64,000 nucleotides of DNA from Mobula hypostoma (GCF_963921235.1 NC_086118.1:15750001-15814000); one strand, 5' to 3'. Shown: positions 1 to 13,265, numbered from the stretch's first letter. Translations and numbers: made by a program. Notes: generated by a model from the letters alone, not told the origin.

Positions 1-152
1 TGAACACTACCTCACTACCCCTTTTCTGCACTATTTATTTATTTTATTTTTCTATTGGAACTTAAATGATTTTTATGTCTTGCACAGTACTTTCACCCCA
101 AAAAACAACACATTTCATGACATATGTTGTGATAATCAACCCTATTCCGATT
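1..152 (+). mobile_element. Rex1/Babar-type LINE 3' UTR end
   Basis: Same 3' tail as the copies at 11330-11690 and 57130-57310 (tttcatgacatatg..gtgataat..aaccc..attc.gatt). Confidence 0.65.
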
Positions 153-159
153 GTGAATT

Positions 160-430
160 TCTAAAACCAGAGGGCATGCATTTAAAATGAGATAATATGT
201 GGGGCAAGAATTCGTTACGTAGGAAAAAATAGGTACCTGAAAGCACTAGTTAGTGAAGGAAAATTCTATACAGGCATTCAAGAGGCCCTTAGACAGGTAC
301 ATGAATGTGCGGAATTTGGAAGAATATGGCCATTGTGTAGGCAGGAGGGATCAGTTGGGCATTGAATTACTAATTTAATAAGTTTGGCAAAACACAGCAG
401 TCTGTTCTTGCACTGTACTGTTCTGTTTTA
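160..430 (+). mobile_element. CR1 LINE 3' fragment, degenerate
   Basis: agagggcatgcatttaaa ... ttcaagagg..cttagacaggtacatgaat ... cactgtactgttctgt resembles the CR1 3' ends elsewhere in the window. Confidence 0.6.
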
Positions 431-1361
431 CATGAAACTATAACAATGGCTTGTTTTCACAAAAACTATTAGCATCAACCATAGCCATTTTTCTTGGCAT
501 ACAATGTGGGTTACAAACAAAATACATTGAAAGCTATTTTGTAAAGAAGATAATCAAATAATTCATAATTTAATTGGCAATAGAAGAGGAAAAATCCTTT
601 CCAAAATATAACCAACTAAAATTAAATCTTAAATCCCATATCAAGAATAATCGTAATAGATTACAGTATAACATAATGAATAGATTTTAAATCTAAAATA
701 TTTCTTATTCATCTTCAGTCTAATAAAAAAGTTTCATGTAATAATTAATAATTTTCAGTAAAACAGAAACAAAATATTCTTCTTCTCATGTTCATATTTA
801 AATGATATAAATACAGAAGAGATCACCATGACTAAAAGTAAAATTAAATTTATTTTAATCTTAATTGCACAACAGTATTTCAGTAACACAGTTATGATTA
901 ATTGTCCTTATTTTGTGTTATATGCCAACAAGGTGGCCTCCCTAAATGGTTTCCATTCAGAGATTTGCAGCCATTTACAAGTAAAGATTCGTAATGAATT
1001 TGTGTCCAAACGACAGACTGTTCAGTAGGTACTGAATATTACCAAATTTTATACTAAAATACACGTGTAAATATTTAAAACACTTGATATATGTGCACTT
1101 TCAGTTACAGTCCATGTGCGCCCTTTTAGCTCTACAATTCAACTGGTGCACTTGTCAGAAAAAAATTGAGAAACTGTTTCTAACATTGATCACCTAAATT
1201 AATTAACAATTGGATACAAAAAAGTTAGAGAATATTTCTTTGATGTAATAGAGATTGAAATTTTTTATATAAGAATCAGAAATATAAGTAATAATATTTA
1301 AGTTATATTATATCAACATTAAAAAACAATGAAATTAAAGATAATATTAGAAATACTTCCA

Positions 1362-1897
1362 TATAGTCATAGTCATAGAGAAGTACAACACAGAAACAGG
1401 CCCCTCGTTCTATCTAGTCCATGCCAAAACTATTTAAACTACCTACTCCCATCGACCTGCACCAGGACCAAAGCCCTCTGTACCCCTACCATCCATGTAC
1501 TTATCCAAACTTCTCTTAAACATTGAAATCGAGCTTGCTTGCACCACTTGTACTGGCAGCTGATTCCACACTCTCATGACCCTCTGAGTGAAGTACTTTC
1601 CCCTTAAACCTTTCACCCTTAACCTATGACTTCTGGTTGTATTGCCACCCAAACTCAGAGGAAAAAGCCTGCTTGCATTTGCCCAATTTATACTTCTAAT
1701 AAATTTGTGTACCTCTGTCAAATCTCCTCTTAATCTTCTACGTTCTGAGGAATACAGTCCTAACCTATTCAAACTTCCCTTATAACTAGGTCCTCCAGAC
1801 CCAGCTACATCCTTACGAATTTTCTCTGTACTCTTTCAACCTTGTTTACATCTTTCCTATAGGTAGGTGACCAAAACTGCATACAATACTCCAAATA
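1362..1897 (-). mobile_element. CR1 LINE 3' end (ORF2 C-terminus plus tail)
   Basis: ORF 1443-1772: LGLYSSERRRLRGDLTEVHK...YFTQRVMRVWNQLP...FKRSLDKYM; (catagt)n tail on +. Confidence 0.9.
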
Positions 1898-2454
1898 TGT
1901 CCAGTTATGCAGTTATGCATCGATTTTACTAATGAAAAACTGCGGCAGATGTATTTGTTCTGAACCACAGTCAGTACAAGACAGAAACGGCTGGAAATCC
2001 ATTGAAATATGGTGTGGGTCAGGTTACTTGTGCTAAACTCATATAGAAGGTGAGCATTATCATAAAGAGATCAATAAGAGCTGAATAATTTAACTTGCTA
2101 GCAGTTAATCAATGGCACTGACTCACAAATTAGAAAAAAAATTGTGATTCTTACAGCCTACTAGTATCTTTTCTGTCCTTGACATGAAGTGTACAAACAG
2201 TATGTTTTATCAAGTCAAGTTTGAGTTTAAGTTTATTGTCATGGGCATGTTATTGTTAATTGTTATGTATATAGAGGGTATAAATGATTTGAAAAATAGC
2301 TTTTTGCAGCAGCAACATTGTCCATTACAAGCATGAAAAACAAAAATTACATGAACTTAGACTAACATAAATTGTACATAACTTACATGACACAATTATC
2401 AAAAAATAACAGAACAACAATAGTGCAAATTGTGGAAAATATAGTCCAAAATAG

Positions 2455-2674
2455 AAACACGAGGAATTCTGCAGATGCTGGAAATTCAAGCAACACACAT
2501 CAAAGTTGCTGGTGAACGCAGCAGGCCAGGCAGCATCTCTAGGAAGAGGTATAGTCGACGTTTCGGGCCGAGACCCAGCCCTGACGAAGGGTCTCGGCCC
2601 GAAACGTCGACTGTACCTCTTCCTAGAGATGCTGCCCGGCCTGCTGTGTTCACCAGCAACTTTGATGTGTGTTG
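2455..2674. mobile_element. Penelope-like element terminal fragment arranged as a fold-back (86-bp arms)
   Basis: 2491-2576 is the near-perfect reverse complement of 2589-2674 with a 12-nt loop; same sequence as the 3' end of the GIY-YIG-bearing copy at 25720-26270. Confidence 0.85.
2577..2612 (+). ncRNA. Minimal hammerhead ribozyme motif (PLE type)
   Basis: CTGACGA core, GGG..CCC stem II, GAAAC-GTC, helix I agcc/gact. Confidence 0.65.
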
Positions 2675-3531
2675 TCCGAAATAGAATTAGTGTTTGCCAG
2701 GTTAGTTCAAGAACCTGATGGTAGTGAGGTAGCTATAGCTGAACCTTGGGATGTTCCCCAAGGCCTCAGAGCTTCCTTCATAATTAAAACAGAATTAAAT
2801 CTGTTGGATGGAAGTGACCAACAACTCTGATAGAGGCAGATGCCAAGTTTTTAAGCTCACCAGTGGGAGGTGGTGCTTTAGCACAGCTGGCCCGCCACCT
2901 CGAGGGAGTCTTGATCATAAGCAGACCGAAACTCCTGAAGACAGGTGGCAGATCAACTGATGATCCCACTGGTGATAGCACAGGACAGTTAACATCTTAG
3001 TCCATGTGTATTTTGTAATTCTTACTATCAACAACTTGGTAAATCAGACAACTTCCAGAACCCCAAAGCCTACCACAGGAAATGTCAAAGCTTCCCACTG
3101 GTTCAGTATGCTTGTAGTATGCAGCGAACTACTGGCTGACTAGGTAAGTTTCAAACAGAACCACTAACTTTTCTCTATTTACAAGCCTTAAAGCCAAGAA
3201 TTCCTGTGCTCATTCGAATGTGAAGTTACTAAACTATCAAGACAACATTTACCAAACTTTTCAAGAACCCAAGCAAAATGTGAAGTTAAGTTATTTCCCT
3301 ATTCAATCTTCCACTTACAGCCTGTATTCTCTAGTACCCACATTTTAGCTTACAAACCTTTCTCATATTGTTTTCCTTAGGGTGAGAGTCAGCTAAGCCA
3401 TCTTCATGGAGATGGCAGAGCTCGTTATTGAAATGTTGGCTAAAATCAATATCTGTACCCGGCTAGAAGCCTGAGAAGAGTTTCTTCATTGTATATGCCA
3501 GGAAAGCACTAGATCCTTTTGTAATAGTCAT

Positions 3532-5108
3532 TGGTGACATAAAAAGCATCACTCCCCTTGGAAATTTTCATGTTTTATTGTTTTACAACATGGAATCACA
3601 GTGGATATGATTTGGCTTTTTTTGACACGGGTCAACAGAAAAAGGCTCTTTAGTGTCAAAATGAAAACAGATCTCTACAAAGTGATCTAAATTAATTAGA
3701 AATATAAAATCCAAAGTAATTGATTACACAAGTTTTCACCCCTTTTGATATGACACACCAAATCACCACTGGTGCAGCAGTGGTTTTTGAAGTCACATTA
3801 TGGAGGTCACCTGTGTGCAGTCAATGTGTTTCAATTGATTGTAGTAAAAATACACCTGTATCTAGAAGGTCCGACTGCTGGTGAGTCAGTAACCTGACAA
3901 AAGCTAAACCTCGAAGATAAAAGAACACGCCAAGCAACTCTGCAAAAAGGTTATCGAAAAGCACAAATCGGGAGATTGATACAGGAAAATCTCCAAGTCA
4001 TTGAATGTCCCTTGGAGTACAGTTAAGTCAATCATCAAGAAATGATTGGCACAGCTGTAAATCTGACTACAGCAGGCCATCCTTAAAAACTAATCGACTG
4101 TGCAAGAAAAAGGCAAGTGAGGGAAGCCACCAAGAGACCCATGACAACTCTGGAGGAGTTATAAGCTTCAGTGGCTGAGATGGGAGAGACCATGCATACG
4201 ACAACTGTTGCCTGGGTGCTTCACCAGTTGCAGCTTTATGGGAGAGTGGCAAAGAGAAAACCACTGTTGAAAAAAACTCACATGAAATTTTGGCACGTGG
4301 GAGACTGTGAAGTCAGTTGGAAGAAAGTCTGAGGAAACCAAAATTGAGTTTTTTGGCCATCAGTCTAAACACTATGTTTGACATAAGCCAAACACCACAC
4401 ATCACCAACAAACACACCATCCCTACTTTGAAGCATGATGGTGGCTGCACCATGCTCTGGAGATGCCTCACTGCAGTAAGACTGGGAAGGCTTGTGAAGG
4501 TGGAGAGTAAAACAAATGCAGCAAAATACAGGGAAATCCTGGCGGAAACCTAATGCAGTCTGCAAGAGAACTGTGGCTTGGGAGAAGATTTGTTTTCCAG
4601 CAAGACAATGACTCAAAGCATAAAGTCAAAACTACTCAGAAATGGTTTAAAAACAACAAAGTTAATGTCCTGGAGTGACCAAGTCAGAGTCCAGACCTCA
4701 ATCCAATTGAGAATTTGTGGCTGGTTTGAAAAGGGCTGTTCTCTCATGATCCCCATGCAATCTGACAGAGCTTGAGCAGTCTTCTAAAGAAGAATGGGGG
4801 AAAATTGCAGTGTACAGATGTGCAAAGCTGATAGAGACCTATCCACAGAGACTCAAGGCTGTAATTGCTGCCAAAGGTGCATCTACTAAACACTGACTTG
4901 AAGGAGGTGAGTAATTAAGCAAACAAATATTTTCTGTTTGATAATTGTAATATATTTTGACCAATTTGAAGAAATTTGTTTTCATTTTGACATAAATGAG
5001 TCTTTTCTGTTGATCAGTGTCAAAAAAGCCAAATTAAATCCACTATGATTCAATATTGTAAAACAATAAAACATGAAGGGGGAGGGGTGAGTGCTTTTAT
5101 AGGCACTG
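3532..5108 (+). mobile_element. Tc1/mariner DNA transposon (Passport-like, IR/DR type), full length but decayed
   Basis: About 210-bp inverted repeats (3532-3745 and 4900-5108, right end ..ggcactg|TA); transposase remnants KIKEHAKQLCKKVIEKHKSG, FQQDNDSKH, QSPDLNPIENLW with stops and frameshifts. Confidence 0.92.
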
Positions 5109-5110
5109 TA

Positions 5111-5925
5111 TATATGGCATTTGAACTGTGCTTAGCCACACAGTCATGAGTATAGACAGAGTAGAGCAATGGGCTAAGCACTCATCGAAGAGGTGCCTGT
5201 GATGATGGTGAGTTGCCTGTGTTGATCCGCACTGACTGTGATCTCCCAATAAAGAGCTCAAAAATCCTGTTGCAGAGGGGTGTACAGAAGACTAGGTTTT
5301 GGAGCTTGGTTATTATTACTGAGGAAATGATGATGTTGAATGCTGAGCTGTAATTGATAAATAGTAGTCTGATGTATGCGTTATAGCTATATGCTCCAAA
5401 GCAGAATGGAGAGCCAGTGAGTTTATATCCACTGTAGACTTATTGCGCTGGTAGGTAAATTTCAATAGGCCCAGGTCCTTGCTCAGGCAGGAGTAATTCT
5501 AGCCATAACCAACATCTCCAAGCACTTCATTGCCATAAATATGAATGCTACTGGGTATAGGCATTGAGGCAGCTCACCCTGTTCTTCTTGCACACCAATG
5601 ACTGCTGCCTCTTTAAAGCAAATGGGAACCTCAAACTATAGCAATGGGACATTGAAGATGTCATTGAACACTCCAGCCAAATGGTGAACACAGGTTTTCA
5701 GTACCTGGCTAGGTATACTGTAGAGGGCTAATACCTTGCAAAGGTTCACTCTCAGACATCAGCCTCCAAGGGAGAGATCACAGGGTCACCAGATGTTGTG
5801 GGGGTTTGCACAGGTGTAATATTATTCATCCTTTCAAACTGAGCATAAAAGGTGTTGAGCTCATCAGGGATTAAATCATCAGCATTTGTGCTTGTAGGAA
5901 GCAATGGCATGGAGACTCTGTCACA
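5111..5925 (-). mobile_element. Rex1/Babar LINE RT fragment
   Basis: Minus strand LIPDELNTFYAQFE (ORF 5752-5934), ALTSIAMKCLE and DYSSAFN-like motifs. Confidence 0.8.
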
Positions 5926-6949
5926 GGTGCCCAATAGGATGGTTTGAGCATCTCAGAAACTGCTAACCTCCTGGGATTTTCATGCACAACACATTGAACC
6001 TTGAAGTGGATGAGCTACAGCAGCAGAAGAACACGAACACACGCTCAGTGGCCACTGAGTATTGTTGACTGACATTTGGGAGGAATTCATGAGAATGTGA
6101 AGAAATTTAAAATGTGTCTCATGTAGAATCATGTAGAATTAATGTAAATGGTTGGTTGATGGTTGGTGTGGACTCAAGAGAGTCAAAGAGCATATTTCTG
6201 TCCTGTATTTGCCGATGAATACACACTTAAATTGACACGCTATCAATCAATTATGCAATATCTAAAGGAAGAGATATATATCTTTACACATGGCATTCAA
6301 AGTTAAGTATTATGTAGCTGGATATTTATAGTCAAAGTAGGTTTATGTTTCGGTCTGTAATGTAAACTTGACTTGCTAATGCTGTTAACAACCCAACATT
6401 TGCATCATTCACATGTTGAAGGCCAATGTAACACAAGCTTCAAGAAATATTTAAAGATTTGAGGAGTCAGTTATACCAGTGGGGGGGGGGGGCAGGGAAG
6501 GAAGATGTTCATTCTTTCATATCACCATAGGTCCATTTACTTATAGTCTCTTTTTATTGCATTTTTAAGATGGGCAACTGTTTACCTTTATTTTGTCAAG
6601 TTATTTTTATTTTATCTGATTTTTAGAAGTCCATCACCATGTCTGCAGTCAAGACAATCATATGGATGAAAACTTCTATATGTTTCACGTTCATGTGAGA
6701 TCTTTAGCTTCATATTCAGAATTGCTCTCCCCAAACCTATTTCTTCAACTCCAAGACAAATTCATTTAAAAGCAGTCAAATATTGTACGGTCATGAACAA
6801 TACAAAGTTCTATTTCACCAACAAAATTCCTGTCCCAGGTTATCAAACCTAGAAAAATGGATGAGCAGAAATTTCTTCGCATAAAACTTAGGAAGATAAA
6901 AGTGCTTGTCCATGGTTTATATCACAATTTCTGTCCCCTAAACATGGAC

Positions 6950-7560
6950 TCTATTCTTCTTTCCGGTTTCTCTGTGAGACTTAGCCAGGCTGTCTGCATC
7001 CCCAATGACTGTTTTGGCCCATATCATTACTGTATCTAACATTGTCTGTTTCCACCCCTAGAATTTCACTGTACTCTATTCCAGTCTCAGTTCATTTTCT
7101 GAAGTAATCTTTATCTATGAAGTACTGTTACCCTATTGTTAGTGAACCTAATGCATACTTTAACTGACCTCAGTTTTTCTGTATGTACAAGGCTATTGGA
7201 TGTTCTACTGTCTGCATCCTAACTTCTACTGCATCATTCAATCATCACTACTACACCCGCTGACCCCTACATTGGCTCACAGTTCGAAACAATGTCAATT
7301 TTAATATTTTCATTGTACTTTTTAATTCCCTTCAATGATCCTTTCCTCTTTAACCCTAAACTCTCCTTCAGCTTTAAACGTCACTGATACCTACATTCTT
7401 TCAACTCCAATTTCTAGATTATTAACAAATTTAATTTATCCACAATTGGATTCCGTGCCTTCAATTCTCAAGCTATTAAGTTGAGTTCCTTCCCTAAACT
7501 TCCTTCTATCTTTAACCATCTTTCCTTCTTCAAGAGATTCATTAAAGCTTTGATTTTGGA
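6950..7560 (+). mobile_element. Old L2 LINE 3' fragment
   Basis: Degenerate ..ctacattggctc..(LHWL)..ttttaatatt, typical of the L2 ORF2 C-terminus; compare 57570-58100. Confidence 0.5.
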
Positions 7561-7611
7561 GCCTTTCACTGCATTTTAGACCATCTGTTCTTGTGGTATC
7601 ACTTTTCACAT

Positions 7612-7853
7612 TTATTTTATTTATTGAGATACAGTGTGGAATAGGCCATTTTTATCCCCTTGAGCAGACCACCCTGATTTAATCCTAGCCTAATCACAGG
7701 ACAATTTACATTGACCAATTAACCTGCCAACTGGTATGTGTTTTGGCCATGGAAGGAAACGCACACGGTCACAGGGAGAACATAGAAACTCCTTACAGGC
7801 AGCAGCAGGAATTGAACCCAGGTCACCTGTACTGTAAACCACTACACTACCAT
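7612..7853 (-). mobile_element. tRNA-derived SINE (HE1/V-SINE-like)
   Basis: tttattgagatacag..gaataggcc tail, ccaattaacct..ggtatg..tttgg central domain, and a B-box-like ggaattgaaccc (GGGTTCAATTCC on minus). Confidence 0.75.
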
Positions 7854-8284
7854 TTAACATTATTCTGAAGGAGAGGGAAAAAAACTATTAATAAATTCAT
7901 CATGATCATGGTTGATTATCATCCCTGCTATGCTGAGAACCGTATGTGTAAATATTAATTGCTTTGCCTGGCTTTGTTTGCCAACTTTATTAGTAGACAG
8001 GGCTATATAGTATAATTATCAGCCAAGTTTAGCTGATTAGTTGCAGTGAAGTGAGTAAAGTTAAATTTAGTTTATTTGAATGAAACACAAGGATAAGGAG
8101 AATTTTGGAAGCATCAAAAGTGCTGAAAAAATAATGAAATTGTTATAAGTTGTTCAAGATTTATCACTAATTATCAAATGCACAATCTACTGTATAAACA
8201 AAATGTTAAAACACATGTTTTACATACATTATATATAACATATATAATAAAAGAAACAATTAGGACAAAAAACAAGTCCAATAT

Positions 8285-10260
8285 AGTGCAAAGTGGCCAT
8301 AGTGTTTTTATACTGACTTAGAGATTAGAGATGTGCAGGCTGGTTTAAGAACTGAGAAGGAAGTGAAGCAGTTGTTCTTCAACCTAGTGTGGGGGTCCAG
8401 ACTTCTATATCTTCAGTCCAATGGCAGGCATGGCCCAAATAGTGGGGATCTTTGATGATCGATGCTGCATTTTTGAGGCAGGGTGTCATGCAGATACTTT
8501 CCATGGTGGGGAAGGATGTGGCTGCGACGTATTCGTCTGATCCATTATTCTGCATCTTCTTGCATTTGAATTGCTGTACCAGACCATCATACAACTAGTT
8601 GGATACTTTCAACAGTACATCTATAGAAGCTTGTTAGAGTATTCAGCAACATATTCAACCTTCTTTGACTACAGAAGCACTGGCACATCTTCCTTGTGAT
8701 TGTATCTATGTGTTGGCCCACATACATATTCAGGTCATGCCAGCCTTTCTCAACCTGTCTGCTCTGGGGGATCCCTCGAAATAATTTTCAGGTCTCAGGG
8801 AACTCCTGCATAAAAATTATTATAACTACAGCTCACAGTACATTAGTGTGATCAGTAAGTTGCAGATATAATAATCCAGAAATAATTGTCAATGCTCTTT
8901 TGAGTAGAGAATGAACTTGTAGCCAACTGTTCTTGAAGAAAAAGCACGCAGTTAAGCTTAGCTTACCTTTCTTCAAACTAATTTCTTTCCTTCCCTTTCA
9001 TAAATTTCAAAAACTCATAAGGCAAACATAATAAATTTCTGTTAAATAACTGGCTTAAGCCAAAATGGGATTTTTTTAAAGGCAGTCTCCGTAGAATTAA
9101 TTTTATATAAAGACTGTAAATTGATTTTAATTAATAACATTCACACCATGAAAGTTTATTGACAATGTTGAATAGTAAAGTTACTAAAACGCAAGCCATA
9201 AGTCAAAGCAATATGAAAAATAAAATAGCCTAACTAAGGCACAATTTTATACAAGACTTTGAAAAAACATTTTCTTACTAAATGACATGATCAGGTTCCA
9301 ATATAAACCTGGCATGTGAAACCCTGTGCTTGTTTTCTTGCTGCACAAATACTCAATTCTGGGTTGAACTTGAGATAAGCACTCGCGAATTTCATCTTCA
9401 GCTGAAATGAGATTATTTCTATGGTTGCTCTTGATGCTTGTTAAACAAGTAAAAGCCTGCTTTTACATATAAGAAGTTGAAAACAATACAACGCTCACCA
9501 ATTATCAACGGTCTTCCCTATCTCGTATCAAGAACCGAGAATGGACTCAACCAAACAAACTGCGTCTTACTGCGCACTGCTATACTGAGCTGAGAGATCT
9601 CTAACGAGATTGCTAACGGAGTTGCTTGGTCACTGCCTACCACTGTGAGTGATGGCATCATGCGTCGCGCGCAGTTCAAAAAACAAAAGTTTTTTTTCCA
9701 ATCACGCTCTCTCACAAAACTCTCAGCAACCTCTCATGGAACAATAGGGTTCCATGGAACCCTAGCAGAGAAACCCTGGCTGAAACCTAGGAATTTAAAG
9801 TTGCAGACCCTCTCCACTACAAATCCACCAATACAGACTGCACAAGTTTGCTCTTGTTCTTCCTCCTGAAGTCAATGATCAGTTACTGGCATTGAGTGAG
9901 AAGTGGTTGTAGTGGCACCACTCAACCAGGTGCCCTATTTCACTCCTATATGCAGACTCATCACCAGCCATGATTTGTCTAACAATGGTAGTATCATATG
10001 AACATTTGAAAGTGGCATTGGAGTTCTGCGTAACCACACAGTCACATGTGTAAAGAGAGCAGACCAGGATCTTGGCACACACCCTTGAGGTGCATCTATG
10101 TTTGTAGTCACTGAGGAGATGTCATTACCAGTATGCACTGATGAAGACGGCCAATGAAGAAGTTGAGTATCCAGAGGGAGAAACAGTGTCCCAAGCCTTG
10201 AAGCTAGGTAATAGTTTTGGAGGGGTGAACACAGAACCAATTAACAGCAGCTTGATGTTT
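8285..10260 (-). mobile_element. Rex1/Babar LINE interrupted by a hAT element
   Basis: ORF fragments CLKNAASIIKDPHY, DAPQGCV, YDTTIV..DESAYRSEIGHLVEWC; the sequence resumes after 9778. Confidence 0.8.
8741..9778 (-). mobile_element. Internally deleted hAT (Buster/Charlie-like) DNA transposon
   Basis: Imperfect TIRs cagcctttctcaacc / gagaaaccctg; minus strand about 9310-9485 reads FSTSYM*KQAFTCLTSIKSNHRNNL..EDEIRECLSQVQPRIEYLCSKK (hAT C-terminal dimerisation region); no clean 8-bp TSD. Confidence 0.8.
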
Positions 10261-10261
10261 A

Positions 10262-10983
10262 CACTCAGTGGCCACTTTATTAGGTACCTAATAAAGAAGC
10301 CACTGAGTGAGTTCACAAACAAGAGAAAATCTGCAGATGCTGCAAATTCAAGCAACACACACACACAATTCTGGAGGAACCCAGCAGGCTAGGTAGCATC
10401 TATGAAACAGAATAAACAGTCAATGTTTCAGGCAGAGACCTATCATCAGGTCTTTTCTATAGAAGCTGCCTGGCCTGCTGAGTTCCTCCAGCATTTTGTG
10501 TGTAACTGAGTTTAAGCTCATGATCTTCTGCTGTCGTGGCCTATCCACTGTACTGTGCATTCAAGGATGCTCTTCAGTATACCTCAGTTGTAACATGTGT
10601 TCATCTGAATTACTGTCATTTTCTTGTCAGCTTGAACCAGTTGGGGCATTCTTCTCTGGCCTGTCCACAAAACTGTCATTCATTGGATTTTTTAAATTAA
10701 TTTTTTGCAGCAGTCTCAGTAAACTCTAGAGTGTTGTGCATAAAAATACCAGCAGATTAGCATTTTTCAAGATACTCTAAACACCCCGTCTGGCAGAAAC
10801 AATCATTCTACAGTTAGACACTTGGATCACATTTCTTCTCCATTTGATCTCAACAACAACTGAAGACCTTGACCATGTCTGCATGCTTTTATGCATTGGT
10901 TCTTGCCACATTTTATGCATTAATTCCTGATTCCTCTCTAATTTGATTTTTGCAGCAGTCGGTTACAAAGTGGCCACTGAGTG
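10262..10983. mobile_element. Non-autonomous Tc1-derived element (MITE-like) with a nested Penelope fragment
   Basis: TA|cactcagtggccacttt ... aaagtggccactgagtg|TA; extra internal TIR copy ending 10309; Penelope fragment at about 10315-10502. Confidence 0.75.
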
Positions 10984-10984
10984 T

Positions 10985-11290
10985 ATGTTTCTGTTGTCCA
11001 TATGGGAACTAGCAGGATTAAGAGCCAGTGAAATCATATCCACTGCTAACGTGTTATGGGAACAGGCAAATTGAAGTGAATCCAGATCATCTATGAAGGA
11101 GATGATTTGTACCATAACCAACCTCTTGAAGCACTTCATTATGATTGATATAAACATGACCAGACAATAACCATCGAGGCAGGTCTGAGGCACCAGTACA
11201 ACAGATGCCTTTTTGAAGTAGGTGGGAACATCACACCACAAATGTGAGCGGGTCAGTGAATATGTCAGTGAATCCTCCAGTCACTAGGTG
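10985..11290 (-). mobile_element. Rex1/Babar RT fragment
   Basis: ORF 10963-11241: VPTYFKKASVVLVP...IMKCFKRLVM...LDSLQFACSHN. Confidence 0.8.
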
Positions 11291-11324
11291 CACCCGTATC
11301 TTTTGTGTTCAGCCAGCTATGCCA

Positions 11325-11700
11325 TCTGAACATCTTCAAGGAGCAGTGCCTCAGAAAGGTGGTGATCATTCCCAGCACCTCTTCTCATTTTTACCATCAG
11401 GAAGGAGGTACAGAAGCCAGAAGGCGCACACTCAATGATTCAGGAACAGCTTCCTCCCCTCTGCCATCCGATTTCTAAATGGACATTGAACCCAGGAGCA
11501 CTATCTGGCTTTTTTAATATACATTATTTATTTTTGCACTATTTTTAATCTATTCAATATACATATATTTACTATAATTGATTTACTTTTTTTCTATATT
11601 ATCATGTATTGCATTGAACTGCCGCTAAGTTAACAAATTTCACGACACGTCAGTAATAATAAACCAGATTCTGATTCTGATCTTCTGATAAGATTCTGAG
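11325..11700 (+). mobile_element. Rex1/Babar 3' end
   Basis: LFSFLPSGRRYRS motif; (gattct)n tail. Confidence 0.85.
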
Positions 11701-13139
11701 TAAGAAAGTGTTGCAGTGCATGTTGATGTTGTTAGTCCTGTTTGTAAGAAGGCAGTTACCAATGTGTTGCTTTGGCATATTGCAAAGCCTTTCTGAGTGA
11801 AATGAACAACTGTCCAGTGGTCTACAGACACAGCTTACTAATGTCACAAATAGCAGTTACATATATACCCACATACTTTAAGGAGCCAGCTTCATATTTT
11901 CTCTTCTGTCTCAAAGTGGGAATCAAGTTTGAATGACACAATATCTCAGCCCTTGAATGTTAGTCTAGAAAGAGTGAATTTGTGCTTTGGGTTTGCATGG
12001 AGTACTTACTGGCAATATATTCAGCAAGGTGTTATGCTACTTATTCACAAAAATGGTGACACGTTGCCTATTGTGTTCACAAGGCAAAAATATTCCACGC
12101 AGAAGTAGTTTGCCTTTCCAGCTGCTGACCCCTTCCGAAATGGCAAGAACTTTCTTATGCTCAACTAGAGCAACTTTTACTATTTTGATAATGTAGTGCA
12201 TAAGAAAGCAAGTTGATCTTGTGCTTTCACGGTTCATCATTGCGTTGTTTATCATTGACATGTGAAGTGTCATCTGAACACTGGACAGCAGAACTGATCA
12301 GTGAGTGAGTCAGTGCTTCCCGTAGGAGCTCTGAGCTCCTCAAATGGACCTGATTGATGTGTTTACAATCGACTTGCATCGTCATCCGTGTTACCCCATA
12401 CTTGCAAACATTCTATCCACAGAATAATTTATGGGCTACAGAACATTGGCAACAAAATTTAAACCTGATGGTTGAGTACAGTAGCACAGATTGTTTTGGC
12501 ACCAAGCTGCTGACGTTTTCCAAGTGAGTTAACTGTCTGACAAATGCATTTTCATCACTGTTGTATGATAGCCAAACTGTTTATTGCATGATATCTCATC
12601 ACTTAAAGTTGTCCGTAAGCCACAGACATTTCCGTTCTAATTTTAGACACCATGATACAAGTTCAGCATAAAATTTGTACTACTTCTATTTACCTGAATT
12701 CAAAAAGATCTCAGGATTAGAGAGATTAAAAAATGTAAAATAACCCTTGGATGTTAGATTGCTTTGGTATCAACAAAATAATTTCAATGTAACTACAATG
12801 TCACCAAAACCAACGAGCTGATTATTGACTACAGGAGAAGGAAACAGGTCATCCATGCACCAGTCCTCATCTGGAGATCATTGGTGCAGAGGGTCAGTAA
12901 TTTTAAATTCAGAAGTGTTATCATTTCAGAGAATTTGTCCTGGATCTAGCATGTAACTGCCATTACAAAGAATGCACAGCTGAGCCTCTAATTTCTTCAC
13001 AGACTTTACCTGTGAAGTATAAGTTGTTCTTAGTTGTTTCATCTGGCCTGAGATACTGATCTTCCTCCGTCAAACTCAAACCAGATTTTCCTTTAGATTG
13101 AGGCTCAATATTCTTACAGTAATCATTAATGTTTCTCTG

Positions 13140-13265
13140 TAAACACAAGAGACTGCAGACATTGGAATCTGGAGTGAAACAAAACTACTGGAGAAATTCA
13201 GCAGGCCAGGGAGCATCTATAGAGGAAAATAATCTATGTTTCAGGATGAGACCCTTCATCTGGAC
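13140..13265 (-). mobile_element. Penelope-like terminal fragment, degenerate
   Basis: aaacacaagagactgcaga...ggagaaattcagcaggcc...gtttcagg..gagacccttcatc. Confidence 0.65.

Noticed and set aside
828..3150. Short ORFs and candidate exons (donors near 2050 and 3142)
   Set aside because: No recognisable protein similarity; stops in the plausible frames
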